From the human T2T-CHM13v2.0 reference genome, Homo sapiens, in NCBI RefSeq assembly GCF_009914755.1, contig NC_060936.1: a stretch of 64,000 nucleotides of DNA. The stretch is one strand, 5' to 3'. Under the pieces are notes generated by a model. It did not search any database, was not told the DNA's origin, and worked only from the letters and a program-made list of their open reading frames with translations. This document shows, one piece after another, positions 1 to 14,257 of this stretch. A program made the translations under genes and the position numbers. The stretch's first letter is position 1, and each line of letters starts with the position of its first letter.

Positions 1-2428
1 GGTAAAATAAGATTTAGTGTTTCTGGAATCTTGCCAATAAGTGCTCATAGGAATTAAGAAAGGCATTATGTTAGTTTAGGATTCCAAAAGACAAGCCAAA
101 TAGCTATAATTTGTTGAATATGTACTATGGAGGGGTGCTTGCCAACATCATATTTAATCAGTAAAACTACCATGAGGGTAGGTACAACTAGAACATTTTC
201 CACATAAGGGAGTTGAGACCCAGGGAGTTTTCCATTCATCTGGACAGCCAGTAAGTGAAGGGGTTGGGATTTCAAACTAGGTCTTGATGACTCCCCGAAC
301 AACTCAATATTTTACATGGAGAAGACATTCATTGATTTGTTTCTCCTTCCAAATTTTCACATGTCAGACCTCGATGTATGTTATCCCTTAGATTATTTTT
401 GTTCAGTCATATATCTAGTACACTATTATAGTAAATACAATACAAATAAGAGAGAAGAGAAACTTGGTAATAATGGAGATTGTATTCTCTGTGAGTGTTC
501 TTATATTTCTTCCTTTTACAAAGAGAATGCACTTGGTAATTGTCGGTCAAATGCATAAATGAATTAATTGGTTATCTGAATTTCAATGAGGCTGCTGCTT
601 TTGCCAGGGAGTCAACACGATTTTCCAGGAAGTTAAAAGAGTACCTACATGCATTAGAAATGTGGAAGTTATTTTTCCTTCCCAGAAAACCTGTTTTGAA
701 ATATTACATCACAACAGTCCTTTGCTCCCCTCTCTTCCCTCCTCTTCCCTTATCTTTCCCAAGAGCATTTTTGATCAGATTCCACGTTAAAGGTATTTCT
801 CATTGGCAAGAATAAAGTGCTTACTTGATCAAAAGTTTTTGTGTTTGAACCACAGGGTCTCCTCCCTGGAGAACCAGGCCGCTTTCATTAAAGTACCTGC
901 CTGCTGTGTAGCTTTATTGGTCTTGCAATGAGTAGTTAGTTCAGAAAGTTGACAGAATAGTTGATATTGTTATCAATGGGTGTGACATACAATTTTTATG
1001 AGTGATATTACAAAATTCTGAAATCTTTTTGAAATATGTACTTTTAGAATTCATAGGCAAAATTTTATTTTAAACCGGATCAATGTTTTGTTTTGTTCTG
1101 TTTTCCTTCTCTTTTCTCCCTGTATTTCAACTTCCCTGTTAGAATCTGTTATACTTAAATCTCCCTGGTGGTCACCCAAGGCAGAAAGGAATACTTGACC
1201 TCATTTGCATGGAAGGTGGCACTGTTATCTACTCCAGGTATAACTGGCTGGGAACTTCCCAGCTTGACCCTAATGTAAAATTCACAAGTGCTTATATTGC
1301 AAGTACAGCAAGAGAAATAAAATGTGGATCTTTATTTGTCCCCTTCAGACCAGTAATTAGCAGAGGAACTCAATGTATAACTTCAGGGGGTTCCATGTAA
1401 CTGTCAGCTTGCAGCAGGAAGCATTTCTGTTCCTCTGTTTCACTCACAATTGAACCACGCAGCCTTTCATCTGTAGAAAAGAGCTTTGCTCACCATTGCC
1501 GCTACTTGTTAAGCTACCTTATGGTGTATATAATTGAATGACTTGACTTATCCCAGCATACTTCTTTTTATATATCTAGGGGAGTTACCACAGCCCATGG
1601 TGCTTTGTAAAATTTCTCTTAAAGTTCTACTTATTTTATATATCTACAGATATTTAGACCTATATGTTAATGGATTTATAAATATGCTTTGTAAATACCC
1701 CTTACATAAAAACCCCTAAGCACATACGCATTTTGACAAATCTCTACTTTCCATTATACATTATGAATCGTATTTTAAATAAATTCTATAGAAACCAGCT
1801 TAGTATTTGCTGGTGATGCATATGGATGTATCCTAGATATCAGCTGAGGCTGCCTTGACCCTTCATATCTAAGATGGTTTTCCAGACATATTCTACCCTT
1901 TCTACATGCCCTAATTTGATCTATAAGCATTTACTGAGTGCCTACCGTGGACATTTTTCTATGAGAAGCAGATATACCAGTGAATGAACAAGGCAAAAAT
2001 CTCCTCTCTTCTGGGGCTTACATTCTTTTAGGTGAAGACAGACATTAAAGCAATTAGTAACATTTGTAGCATATCAGATTGGAGATACATGCCATTAAAA
2101 ATAAAGCTAGAACAGATGGATAGGAAGTGTGGGGGACAGATGGGGCATGGGATAGGGGCTGAGTTTTTAAAATGGGCAATCATGGAAGGCTTCATTAGGA
2201 AGATGGCTTTTAAGTGAAGGACTAAACTCAGCAGATATCATGGGGCAAAAACTACAGGCAGAGGGAACAAAGTGCCTAGACATTGAGGTGAAAGTTTTCC
2301 TGGTGTTTTTGAGGAACAACAAAGAGGCAAGTGTGACAGGAGCAGAGTGAGTAAAGGGGTGAGAAGTAGATGACACGGTCAAGGAGGAATGGGTGGATGA
2401 CAGATCATGGACCGCCAGCAGGCTGCAG

Positions 2429-2654
2429 CTTCCTTCCTTCCTTCCTTCCTTCCTTCCTTCCTTGCTTCCTTCCTTCCTTCCTTCCTTCCTTCCTTGCTTC
2501 CTTCCTTCCTTCCTTCCTTCCTTCCTTCCTTCCTTCCTTCCTTCCTTCCTTATTCCCTCCCTCTCTCCCTCCCTCCCTCCTTCTCTCTCTCTCTTTCTCT
2601 CTCTCTCTCTTCTTTCTTTCTTCCTTCCTTCCTTCCTTCCTTCCTTCCTTTCTT
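2429..2654 (+). repeat. (CCTT)n / CT-rich polypyrimidine microsatellite
   Basis: Directly visible: ~225 nt with only three purines (G2464, G2496, A2552). Confidence 0.98.
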
Positions 2655-2761
2655 GTTTTGTGAGATGGAAATCTATGGGTCCATTTTAAGCAGAGGCATT
2701 GTAGAATCTGATTAATGTTGTAAAGGGTCATTCTGTGGCTAAACTGAGAATACACTGTAGG

Positions 2762-2988
2762 GCAATGATTCCCAATTGGGGGACAACTTTGTCCCTCAGG
2801 TGCATTTGGTAATATCTGGAGACATTTTTGTTTGTTACAACTTGGGGGGTGAGTACACTGTGTGCTGCTAGCAGTTGGTAGAGGCTCAGCTGATACTGCT
2901 AACCATCCTACAATGCACAGAATAGCTCTTCACAACAAAGAGTTATTTAGCCCAAACTATCAATACAACCAAGGTTGAAAGAACCTGA
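2762..2988. mobile_element. MER20 (hAT-Charlie) DNA transposon
   Basis: MER20-like motifs catttggtaatatctggagacattttt and ctgctaaccatcctacaatgcacag...aaggttgaaagaacctg. Confidence 0.85.
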
Positions 2989-3087
2989 TGTAAGAGGACA
3001 TGACAGAGGTGTGACAACCAGATAAGAGGCTATGGCAAAATTCAGACAAAATATGATGGATGCTTGGATGAGGATGTTAACAGTTAG

Positions 3088-3437
<350 letters not shown>

Positions 3438-5039
3438 GAAAGTTTTTAATAGTGAACGAAATATGTGATTGTAAGAGAAAGAGAGGCATCTAGGGCAATT
3501 CCAAGACTTTTGGCCTGAGAACCAGGAGGGTGGAATTGCCATTTAGTGAGACAGAAGGATTGTGGAAGGTGATAATTTTTGAGACTGACATGTCTATTTA
3601 ACATTTAGGTGGCACTTTTATGTCTGTAAGAAATCCAGGTAGACAGTTGAATTTATAAATATGGAATTTGGGTGAGTAATCTGACTAGAGAGGTACATTT
3701 GCCAGAATATTATGATGTGTAAAGTTGTGAGGCTGAATGGGACTACCACAGCAGTGAAGGCAGATAGAAACAAAACAGGAGCAAGGGGGACTGGTCCCAT
3801 GCTCAGAGGTTAAAGACTCCTAGGAGTCAGAAACGACTACTGAGCGGGAGCATGTAGTTGATATTAAGGGAACCAGGTGTTTGTGGTGTCTGAGACATCA
3901 AGTGGGGAAAGCATTTCAAAAAGTAAGTAATATTTGTGGTAAATCAAGTTAGATGAGGTCTCAGAATTAACCATTAATTGATGCTAGCAATATGAAGGTC
4001 ACCGGTGACCTTGACAAAAGCAGTTCTAGAATACAGACTTGACAGGTGTGCTTAAAAGCAAATGGGCATGGGGTTGGGGAGGGGGGGACAGTGACTAGAA
4101 GCAGTGAGTGAAGATCACATGTTGGCATTTCTAAAAATGTTCAGTGGGGAGGATTCTGGGAATGGAGGGAGAGGGAGACAGGCCTGTAGTATAACAATAC
4201 TAACAATACCCATCTCTGGAGAAGAGCTGTTTCTGCTGAAGTGATGGCATTCTTACCTCACAAATTATCCCTGTCCCAAATCATGTCCAGGGAGGTGTGG
4301 AATTTGCCTCTTTCATTGGTTTGCATTAGAAAACCAAAAATTGAAATAAATAAATAAACAGGAAGACTCTCTACCAGTTGGCCTGACCTGACTTTACTGA
4401 AGCTTTGGAAGGAATGTTTGTATGTGTGAATTTCAGGGTGTTACATTGCAAAACAGACAAACAAGAAAGTACAAAAAAAATCTTAAAACTTAGTACTGGA
4501 TCCTTCTTCTCTTAAAAGTCATTTTGCTGTTCTGTCATAAACTCTACAATACCTTCTTTCTCCCTGAATTCTTTTTTATTTCTGATGTGGAATTAGTTTA
4601 AATTTCTCCCCTGCAGCCTCATCTCATGCTAGTTCATCTCTAAGGATTTGAGTTTCCACCTCCAGTAGTTTATCGGGATAGTTCCCTAAGAGGAATTCTG
4701 ATTCTTGCTGTTAGGACAATAATTTATTCTCTTTGTTACATAAAGACACTCCTGTATCATTGATAAGCCAACATAAGTAACCAGTGCACGCTGTGTGAAA
4801 ATTTGTTTTTAAATCTCTAAATGAGGTAATTAAAACTAAGGTTTGCAGAGATTTTCTATTTCTTGGTATTAAATTGTAGTAAGAGGTGTAGCACCTACTT
4901 AATACAATACACCAATCCTTTCTATATCTATGCGCCCTATTTTCATAAGAACTGTCAGAGGCATGGGGTGTTACTTTAAAAGAAAGTTGTAGACATATAA
5001 AGAATTGTTATCTTTTTTTATATCCCAAAAGCATATCGA

Positions 5040-5590
<551 letters not shown>

Positions 5591-8500
5591 GATTCGGCTG
5601 AAATGGATTCCAGAAATTTAAATAATTCAGAGATCAAAATATAGCTTGCCTTATAAACTCGATGATTTGATTGTCAGAGGAATGATATAACAGCTATTTT
5701 TGTTAATTTTTTACTGATTTTACTGATGGTCTTTGTAGAAAATTTGAAAACTTAAAAAAGTGCACATGTTATAACTCATAATTTTATTAACCTGAAGACA
5801 TGTGAGTATTGCAAATGTGTTTTAATTTAGGTGCACTATAGTTAATTAGGCATCAGATAAAATGACTCAGGCTTATACTGTAATATTTTGTTATTCACCC
5901 TATTTAGACTTCAATTAATGACAGTGTTCAGTTTCCTTTTACTACTACTCTGTAATTTGTAAATCAATGTTTCAAAAAGGAGTTTGATTGCTTTTTTTCA
6001 AGACACCATGCTTTTATGAAGAATTCATTACCTATCTGGAACAGTGCTATGATTGTAGAGGGAGCCCAGGTGTTTTGTAACTAGAATTTCTGCCCTCAAG
6101 GAGATTGTGGTTTTGTCGAGGAGAGAATGCAATATTTACAGAAATGAATGAATTAGAGACTCGCACAATATGGAATATAATCAAGCACCAACATTTTGTA
6201 GAGTAAATATTTAGCACTATGTTGAAAGAGGGATCATTGTACAATGCTGTAGGAATAAAATGCACATAAAGAGAAGTCTTATTTTTACTTCATGCCAGAC
6301 CAAAAAATACATGAATTTAATTGGAGAAGAAAGGAGAGAAGAGGCCATTTTGAGAATTGTATAGTAGGAAAGTCCATGAATACCCTAGGATCTATGTATC
6401 ATGCTGATGGAGTCAACATTTTTCTATAATAGAATAGTTAAATTATGGGATAAATTGCCCTATTGAAGTTCACAAATAAGACCCCAGCTTAAATGATTCA
6501 TTTTTGCTTAAGATACAATAAACATATATATTTTTTATTGTGGTGATGATGATTGTGATGATGATGATAATTTACTACTTGCAAATACTAAAGCTTTTCA
6601 TCACATATTTGTATTATTAAATTTCTATAGAATATTTATAATGATTCTGGACATTTTATCCTCTGTGGTTATGTGTTTTTGTCTTTAGTGAATATATTTG
6701 CTGTTTTTAATTTGAGGTGACACTTATGTAATACTATCTTGATCTTAATCAAACAGCTCATAGTTTGAACCTTTTCTTATGTTTTTTAAAGTATGACTTT
6801 TCTTGCCTTGCCTTTGATTAGGTAAATATTGAGTTACTATGTATGTGTTTTGTTACTGGCCTAAAGTAATACAGCCTTTTAAAATACAATCTCTGAGGGT
6901 TCTTTATATATAGTTTGGTAGTTTGGTCTAATTTTATATAATGTGAATTCACTCTCAAAATGTTTCCTTCAACAAGAGCTCTTCAAATTATTTGATCTTA
7001 TACTCAGCTATTGTATGGTTTCTTGGTGGAAACTAACCTAAGGATCTCTCTGTGGGTTAGCATTATTAGTGCTTTTCTGGAGACTTAGCTAAGGTGGTAG
7101 TTTGCCTTCTAAGTTAGCAAGTACCATAGAGAAATAAGTTTCTTCAAGGGGCTAACCTTTTCCGCCATCTTTAAAATCAAATAAATGTTGTCTTCCTATT
7201 TTATGTAGGTAATTTAATTCTGAAAAACCCTTCATAAGTTTATTTTCTCATAAACCAAAATATCAGTTATCATTTTCTTCAATTGGAAATATTTTTATAT
7301 GTTTCTAACCCCCCACTCTGACAACCACTTGTGCTAAAACACCACCAGATTGTATTCAAATGGCCACAGTTATTTCAATATTTAATAGTTATTTTAACAC
7401 AATTTAACAAGGCCTTTTATCCCTTCATTAATTACTCTATAATATGGCCATTTAACTGTTCTTGTTAAGCTATTTTGTAGCTATTACATGCTGTATACAT
7501 TCAAGATTATAATAAAAAACAAAAAATATATAGGATACTTAATGTTTATGATGTTCAACCACTAATGCAAAAAAGAGAGATAAGCACAATAGTAAGGATG
7601 AAAGAAATCAATGAAAACAATGCATCTGAGTGAGAATAATGCATGAGATTATTACTTCTCTAAACTATTTAATGCAATACAAACCAACATACAAGTGAAT
7701 TAATGGAACCAGCGTTTATTGAGTAGTAACTACGTGTACATTGTGCTCAGCAATGATAGTAAGTGGCCTCTTCTCCTAGAAGCTTAAAATCTAGTTGAAG
7801 AGAAGGTTTTTTATTATTTTGCTAGCTTGACAATATTGTTACATTTTTAATTTGTTTACTGCCCTCCTTCGCCTTTCTCTAGTTTTAAGTTTCAGACCTT
7901 CACAACTTTGGGTTTACTCCTAAGCATATATTCACTAATTCTAACAGGATTGTAACCTAATCAGGGTGTATTTTAAAGAGGCCTCCAAGGCATTGTTTTA
8001 CATAATCCAACAGTGTTTTGGCCATTACAGCTTTGCAATTAAGTTAGGAAATAACCATTTTAAACGTTTTCATATTTAGTCATTGCATTAGCCTTTTTCC
8101 TTATACTCCGCTGTTTCCCCTATTACTATGGGTCAACTGGCATTGCTCTAGTAATAGATACTTCCTCCTTTTGTGCACCTCATCCCATCCTTTCTCATCT
8201 GCTCAAGGACATTGCTTCAGGAATTTTTCCTTTTTTCCTGAATCTTCAATTTTTTCTCTTTATTGAATTTTTCCCTATCAGCATTAAAAATATGGTGCTA
8301 TTTCTCTCAACCACACACATGCACATTCACTCCAGCTACTGACCCATTTTTTCTCCTTCCTTTTACAGTTAGACTGCTTGAAAGGATTGTCCATCTGCAC
8401 TGACTTGAATTTCTCTCTTGTCTTTTGAATGCATTTTACATCAGACTTCCCCTCAACACTATACTAAAACTTCTCAAATTCGATAATGCCTCCACACTGC

Positions 8501-9078
8501 TAAATCCAATGCTCCATTCTCAGCCTTTATCTTGAGCTATCAGCGGCATCTGACACAATTGTTCTCTCCAACTCCTTGAAACACAGTTTTTCATTTGTCT
8601 TTCAGGGCAACACTTTTTTTCTGTTTTGTTTTTCCTACCCATTGGCCACTCTTTCTAAGTCTTCTTTCCCTGCTCTTTTGCCTTTCTAGCTGCTTAAACC
8701 ATGAATGCCCCAGAACTCAGGTTGGAATCTCTTCTCTTTGCTATTTACATTGGTAGTGGCCTCCCTTGGTTACCTCATTCAGTCTTATGGCTTTAAACAC
8801 CATATGCTGATACTTATGATTCCTAAATTTTCATCTCCAGCCTGGTTCTTTCTCCTTAACTCCAGGCTTTTATGTTTTACTGATATCTGTGCTTGGATGC
8901 CTAATGAGTATATTAAATTGGCATGTTTAAATTTGAGCCCCAGATCTTAAACCACCATCATTTGGATATAAAATCTTGGCCTTAGATACTTTTTCTGTAA
9001 TATGACACATCTGACCTATCAGCAAATCCTTTTGGCTCCACACTCTAAATGTATCCAGAATCTGATCACTTTTCACTA

Positions 9079-9210
9079 TTTCCATTGCTAGTACTCTCAT
9101 TCCAACCACCGTACTCTTTTGCTTTCCATTGCTAGTATTCGCATTCCAACCACCATACTCTTTTGCTTTCCATTGCTAGTATTCGCATTCCAACCACCAT
9201 ACTCTTTTGC
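9079..9210 (+). repeat. Minisatellite, 3 x 44 bp (TTTCCATTGCTAGTATTCGCATTCCAACCACCATACTCTTTTGC)
   Basis: Copies at 9079-9122, 9123-9166 and 9167-9210. Copies 2 and 3 are identical; copy 1 differs at a few positions. Confidence 0.97.
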
Positions 9211-9353
9211 TTGGGGTCAAGAGTTCAACCTAAATAAAATTTGAAGTTAAAGAGTTAATTTACAGAGTTTTTGTGAGGGATGTTGAATTTACCTGGTGAT
9301 TCTGCTGTTCAAACATTTCAATGGCTTCCCATTACTCATAAAGTCTAAGATTC

Positions 9354-9715
9354 TGATATGGTTTGACTGTGTTCCCACCCAAATCTCATCTTGAATTGTG
9401 GCTCCCATAATTTCCACATGTTGTGCAAGGGACCCAGTGGGAGATGATTGAATCATGGGGGTGGTTTCCCTCAGACTGTTCTCCTGGTAGTGAATAAGTC
9501 TCACGAGATTTGATGGTTTTATAAGGGGAACACCCTTTCGCTTGGTTCTCATTCTCTCTTGCCTGCAGCCATGTAAGATGTGCCTTTTGCCTTCTGCCAT
9601 GATTGTGAGGCCTCCCCAGCCATGTGGAACTGTGAGTTCATTAAACCTCTTTTTCTTTATAAATTACTCAGTCTCAGGTACGTCTTTATCAGCAGTGTGA
9701 AAACAGACTAATACA
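9354..9715 (+). mobile_element. THE1 (THE1C-like) MaLR solo LTR
   Basis: TGATATGGTTTG start and ACTAATACA end, with internal aggggaacaccctttcgcttggttctcattctctc. GATTC direct repeat at 9349-9353 and 9722-9726. Confidence 0.93.
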
Positions 9716-10679
9716 GTAAATGATTCTTTCCTTGGCTTGCAAGACCCTGCATGCTTGCCCCTACCCTTTACCCCCCCGGACCCTCTAATCTCATTTATTT
9801 CCCTCCTACTCCTCTCTGTTTCAGCTGCACTGCATTCCTCGCTGTTTCTCCAACAGGCCAAACCCATTCCAACCCAAGGCCTTTGTTCTTGTTCTTCCCT
9901 CAGCCTAAAACATTTTTCATTCAAATAGATGCATGGCTGAAATATCACTCTGCTTCAGTGAGGTCTTCTCTGATCCCTCTGTTATATTTCAGTCTTGCAG
10001 ATCATTTCCCAAATCTCTTCCCTGATTTACTTTTCTCCATGGTATTTTTTAATTATCTTACTTAACTTGTGTTTTGTTTATGTATTATTTATTTTCTTTA
10101 TTATTTGTTTCCCACATCTCCCTTATTTCTTTACCCAAATGTAAGTTCTATGAAAACAAGTGTTTTTGCCTGTTGGTTCACTGCTCTATTCCCTCTACTG
10201 AGATGTGTGCCTGGCCCAAAGTGGCACTCAATAAATTCTTGTTAAATGAATAATACCTAACTTCTTCCTGTTGTAATCATTTTCACAACACAGGAGAGAA
10301 AGAGAAGGCAAAGCTTCAGCTGCTGTGTAAATAAAATAAATATGATTTCAAAGAAATAATGGTGCTGTACCTTATAAACTACCAAGAAAACTCTTCTCTG
10401 TAAATAAAAATGGAAGAGATGAAGGATGACTTAACTATAGTTGCAGCTATTTTCTCATTAAGGATCCCCGTAAAGGAAATTGTTGGTGAAAAATGGGTGA
10501 GTTAGTACCTGGAAGAAATAATGAGCTTTTGGATTATTATCATAGCTATCCTATGGTGAGGCTATTAAAGAAGTTATGTTTTGTACCTGGGATGTTTTTG
10601 CAATTGGAAAATGAAATAAGTATCTAGTTGCCTATCAGCTCTTCTCCTCCTTGTTGTTTTTTTAAAAGAGAACATTTAC

Positions 10680-11750
10680 TGTAGATTTGACAAACATCTA
10701 TTGAATATCCTTATGTACTAGACACAGTTCTACTAGGTAATAGAAAATCATCAGTTAACAAAAATCAGCAATCCCTGTCCTCATTGGACTTTTAATACGG
10801 GAGAGAGGCAGAAAAAATATTTATGTAGTTATATTTAGGAAGTGATAACTGCTATAAAGAAAATAGAGCAGAGAAGAAAGTGTCAGAAATGTTGCTGGGT
10901 GGAGAGGGATTGCAGTTTTAAACAGGTGGGTGATCAGATAATGCATTGCTGAAGTGGTGACAGTTGAGTCAAAATCTGAAAGAGTACAGAAACCCTAAGG
11001 AGGAGGAGATCTGACTTGTGGAGTAATACCAAGGAGATCAGTGTCCCTGGATCAAAGTGAGTGAGAGTGAAATGAGGGTGAAATGAAATCTTTGAAGTAA
11101 CTGTGCCAGATGGTGAAGGATCTGTTGTCTGGCCATTGAAAGATTTGCTCTTTCACTTTGAGCAGAGGTATTGTCCTAGTCACCTTGGGCTGCCATAACA
11201 AAATACCATAGACCGGGTGACTAAACAACAGAAGTATATTTTCTCATGGTTCTGGAGGCTAGACTAGAGCGCTGGTGGGGTCAGGCTCTGGTGAGGGCTC
11301 TTTTCCTGGCTTGCAGATGGCAGCCTCCTTGCAGTGTTCTCGCATGACAAAGAATGAGCAAGTTCTCAGGTGTATCTTGTTATAAAGCCCTAATCCCATC
11401 ATGGGGGCCCCACCCTCATGACCTTATATAAACCTAATTACCTCCCAAGGTCCCATCTCCAAATACTATCTTATTAGGTGTTAGGTCTTCAGCATGTGCA
11501 TTTTGGGGGATACAGTTCAGTACATAGCAGGCAAGGTCTGGTGTGACTTACATTTTTAAAGAATCACATTGGCTGCCTCATGTAGAACAGACTATTGGGG
11601 GATGGGAGCAAAGATCAAAGCAGAGAGGAGCTACTGCATTAATCTAAGAAATAATGGTATATGGGACCAGAGTGGTAGTAGTGGAGGTGGTAAGAAGGGG
11701 GCAGATTCTGGATATATTTTAAAAGGAGAATCAACAGGATTTGCTGTGTT
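10680..11750 (-). mobile_element. L2 fragment interrupted by an MLT1A-type LTR
   Basis: acaaacatctattgaatatccttatgtactagacacagttct (reverse L2 3' end); resumes after 11530 through gattctggatatattttaaaagg. Confidence 0.7.
11173..11529 (-). mobile_element. MLT1A-family MaLR solo LTR
   Basis: gggctgccataacaaaataccatagac...gttctggaggct...gggggatacagttcagtacatagca. Confidence 0.85.
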
Positions 11751-13591
11751 ATAATAAGATTCAAATGAAGGCTTGATGTTAGCTACTTTCAACTGCAGTT
11801 TAGGAGACTGTGACAAGCTTGAAAAACTATGAGCTTTGTTTTGTTTTCCCATGTGGTTTACTTGCTTGTGTAGCTATAGTACAAAGGACCAATCTTTTTA
11901 TACTTCCTTTTGTCTCTCTTGGTTATTTGAAATCAATATAGCAAGATACGTAATTTGTATTTTCTGTATTTTCTAACCAGAACAGCTGTATTTAGACTAA
12001 AATAATGATTGTAATAATCCTCTTCATGGAGTGAGTTGCTTCCTTCACTGGCTGTTGGTCAATCTGGAGTTAATTATAGCCAAATAGCAATCCAAAGCCC
12101 CAGAGAAAGGGAGGAACATTTCATTAAAGTCTAGCTGGGGATTACTGCTGACAGCAGCACTGCCAATCAGCCAATTTAAAAAAAAAGGTGACCATTCTCA
12201 TAAACCTTAGAGCTAAAATAGCTTGTATTGAGATCAGAAGGTTTTTCAAAATAGCTTCATTTCAAGTAACTGAGACTGAGGGATAGTTATGTAAATTAGG
12301 GTTAACCATCTAAAAGTCAATTAAAGCAAAATACTATGTAAGAGAGAAATAGTCAAAATACATTTTTTTCTTTTCTTCCCAGTGTTATTGTAACAGTGTT
12401 CTTTATCCAGAACTTTTCAGACCTTACCATTGTAAAGACACTCCATGATTACTTATTGATTGATTATCATTTCTAAGGATTAGGAACTCTAAGTGGTTAT
12501 TATAATCAGGACATCACTCCTTTACATTTTGCATTGAAGTCTTATGATCTTATCAGATAATGAAGCATAATAAAAATCTTTGCTGTAAACTATGGGATAT
12601 CTGCTTGTAATTTTGTGGGGTAAGAAGCAGAGGTACTATTGTAACCTGAGTGAGATGTATTTATTTTGTTCACTTGCTTGTCTAATATAAAAGGCGAGTC
12701 CTCAGCACGTCGTATAAAATTCAACTTGGATGATTATTGAGAGATTATTACAAGAAAAAAGAACCTTAGAAAGAAATTTCCAGCCAATATGAAAGTGATA
12801 TAATCATTTTAATAATAAATAATTTTTTATAAAATTGGCTATTTTTAAAAATCTTAAACTTATGACTTTATCCCTCATGACACTGGAGGGGTTTAGGATT
12901 TGGAATGAAACATTTTGAGACGTTTTAAATGAAAAATGTACTCCTGGCCCACCTTTTAGTCTTAAAGTCTTTCATTACTGTTTTTGAGAATTTTGATGCT
13001 GCTGCTCATATACTTTGAAATGTAAAGTAGACTGAAGTGTGAAACAAACCTTAGCCTGTAAGAGAGGTTGCAATACACAAGCGGAGCAAATCCAATATGG
13101 TAGTCGTAAATGAAGCCTTCAGGGCATCGCTGAAGCTTTTTAAAGGGTGATTTTGAAAGAAAGAGTGAGTCCCAAATGCCATTTTTTAGTTGGAGGAATT
13201 TTAATGGTTTGTAACTTAGATTTATTCTTTATTGGCTTTATTTTTTTTCCTTATGGGTTCTGTCTTCGTATGGTAAATAATTCACAAATGACCTAGAATG
13301 TGTCTTCAGCAGCATAGAATAGGATGTTTTTAAGCTTTTAAATTGTTTAGCTATTCTTTTTATTTTACAGACTGAAAAATATTCACGAAGCCATAAAATA
13401 ATTGGTAGGTTGATGATGTTTAGGATCATTTAGCTTCTTAAATACATTGAGATATACCGTGTCAATTTTTATTAGTATTAATAGAGGTAGCTGGTAAATG
13501 GTATGAAACTTGATGAGCCAAACTTCTCTAGTGGACAAAACCAACATTCCATGTCTGTAGCAGAAATTTGGGCATAATTTCTTATACCTAT

Positions 13592-13979
13592 TGCTATGGA
13601 TTGAATTGTGTCTCCCCAAATTTTATATGTTGAAGCGCTAAAGCCTAATGTAACTGTATTGAAATAGAGGGTAACTGAGTGGTAATTAGGAGGCTTTATT
13701 AAGGCCAAATTAGGTCATTAACATGGAATCCTAATGTGATAGAACTATTGCGTTTCTAAGAGGAAGAGAGATCTCTCTCTCTCTGTGTCTCTGCCATGTG
13801 AGGACAAAGCAAGAGGATGGCCATCTATCAGCCAGGAACAGAGTCATCACCAGAACTTGATCATGCTGGCACCCTGATCTCACACTTTTACCCTCTAGAA
13901 CTATAAGAAAATACATTTCTACTGTTTAAGCCACCAGGTCTATGGTATTTTGTCACATAAACCTAAGCTGACTAATACA
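13592..13979 (+). mobile_element. MLT1A-family MaLR solo LTR with perfect 5-bp TSD CCTAT
   Basis: TGCTATGGATTGAATTG start and GACTAATACA end; CCTAT at 13587-13591 and 13980-13984. Confidence 0.9.
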
Positions 13980-14257
13980 CCTATGTAAGGCTTGGATCAT
14001 TTTGCTGAGATTTGTAGTAAAGAATGCCAGTGAGGACATGGCCAAAATAAAGAGTATGGCAACCACATGAATTACTCAGCTCTTTCAGTCACAATTCCAT
14101 TTTGTCCGAATTACTTTGATAATTTCAGAAGAAATTATTGATCTACTTCCTTAAATATCTTTTACTCTGTGTCATCCCTCCTTCTGATTTATAGTGAAAA
14201 AATATGTGATAGAAAAAAATTTTCATAATGTAAAGACGCCTCCATAATCAATATCAC

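Larger units (their letters stand above)
8110..10253 (+). mobile_element. L2 LINE 3' portion containing a 44-bp minisatellite and a THE1 LTR
   Basis: Pyrimidine-rich L2-like body ending in the L2 3' terminus gtgcctggcccaaagtggcactcaataaattcttgttaaatgaataa. Confidence 0.8.

Noticed and set aside
2370-2755. ORFs encoding PSFL/RKEG repeats
   Set aside because: These are translations of the (CCTT)n microsatellite, which lacks stop codons by composition.
9079-9210. Direct repeats as a CRISPR-like array
   Set aside because: The copies are contiguous with no spacers, and the DNA is primate.
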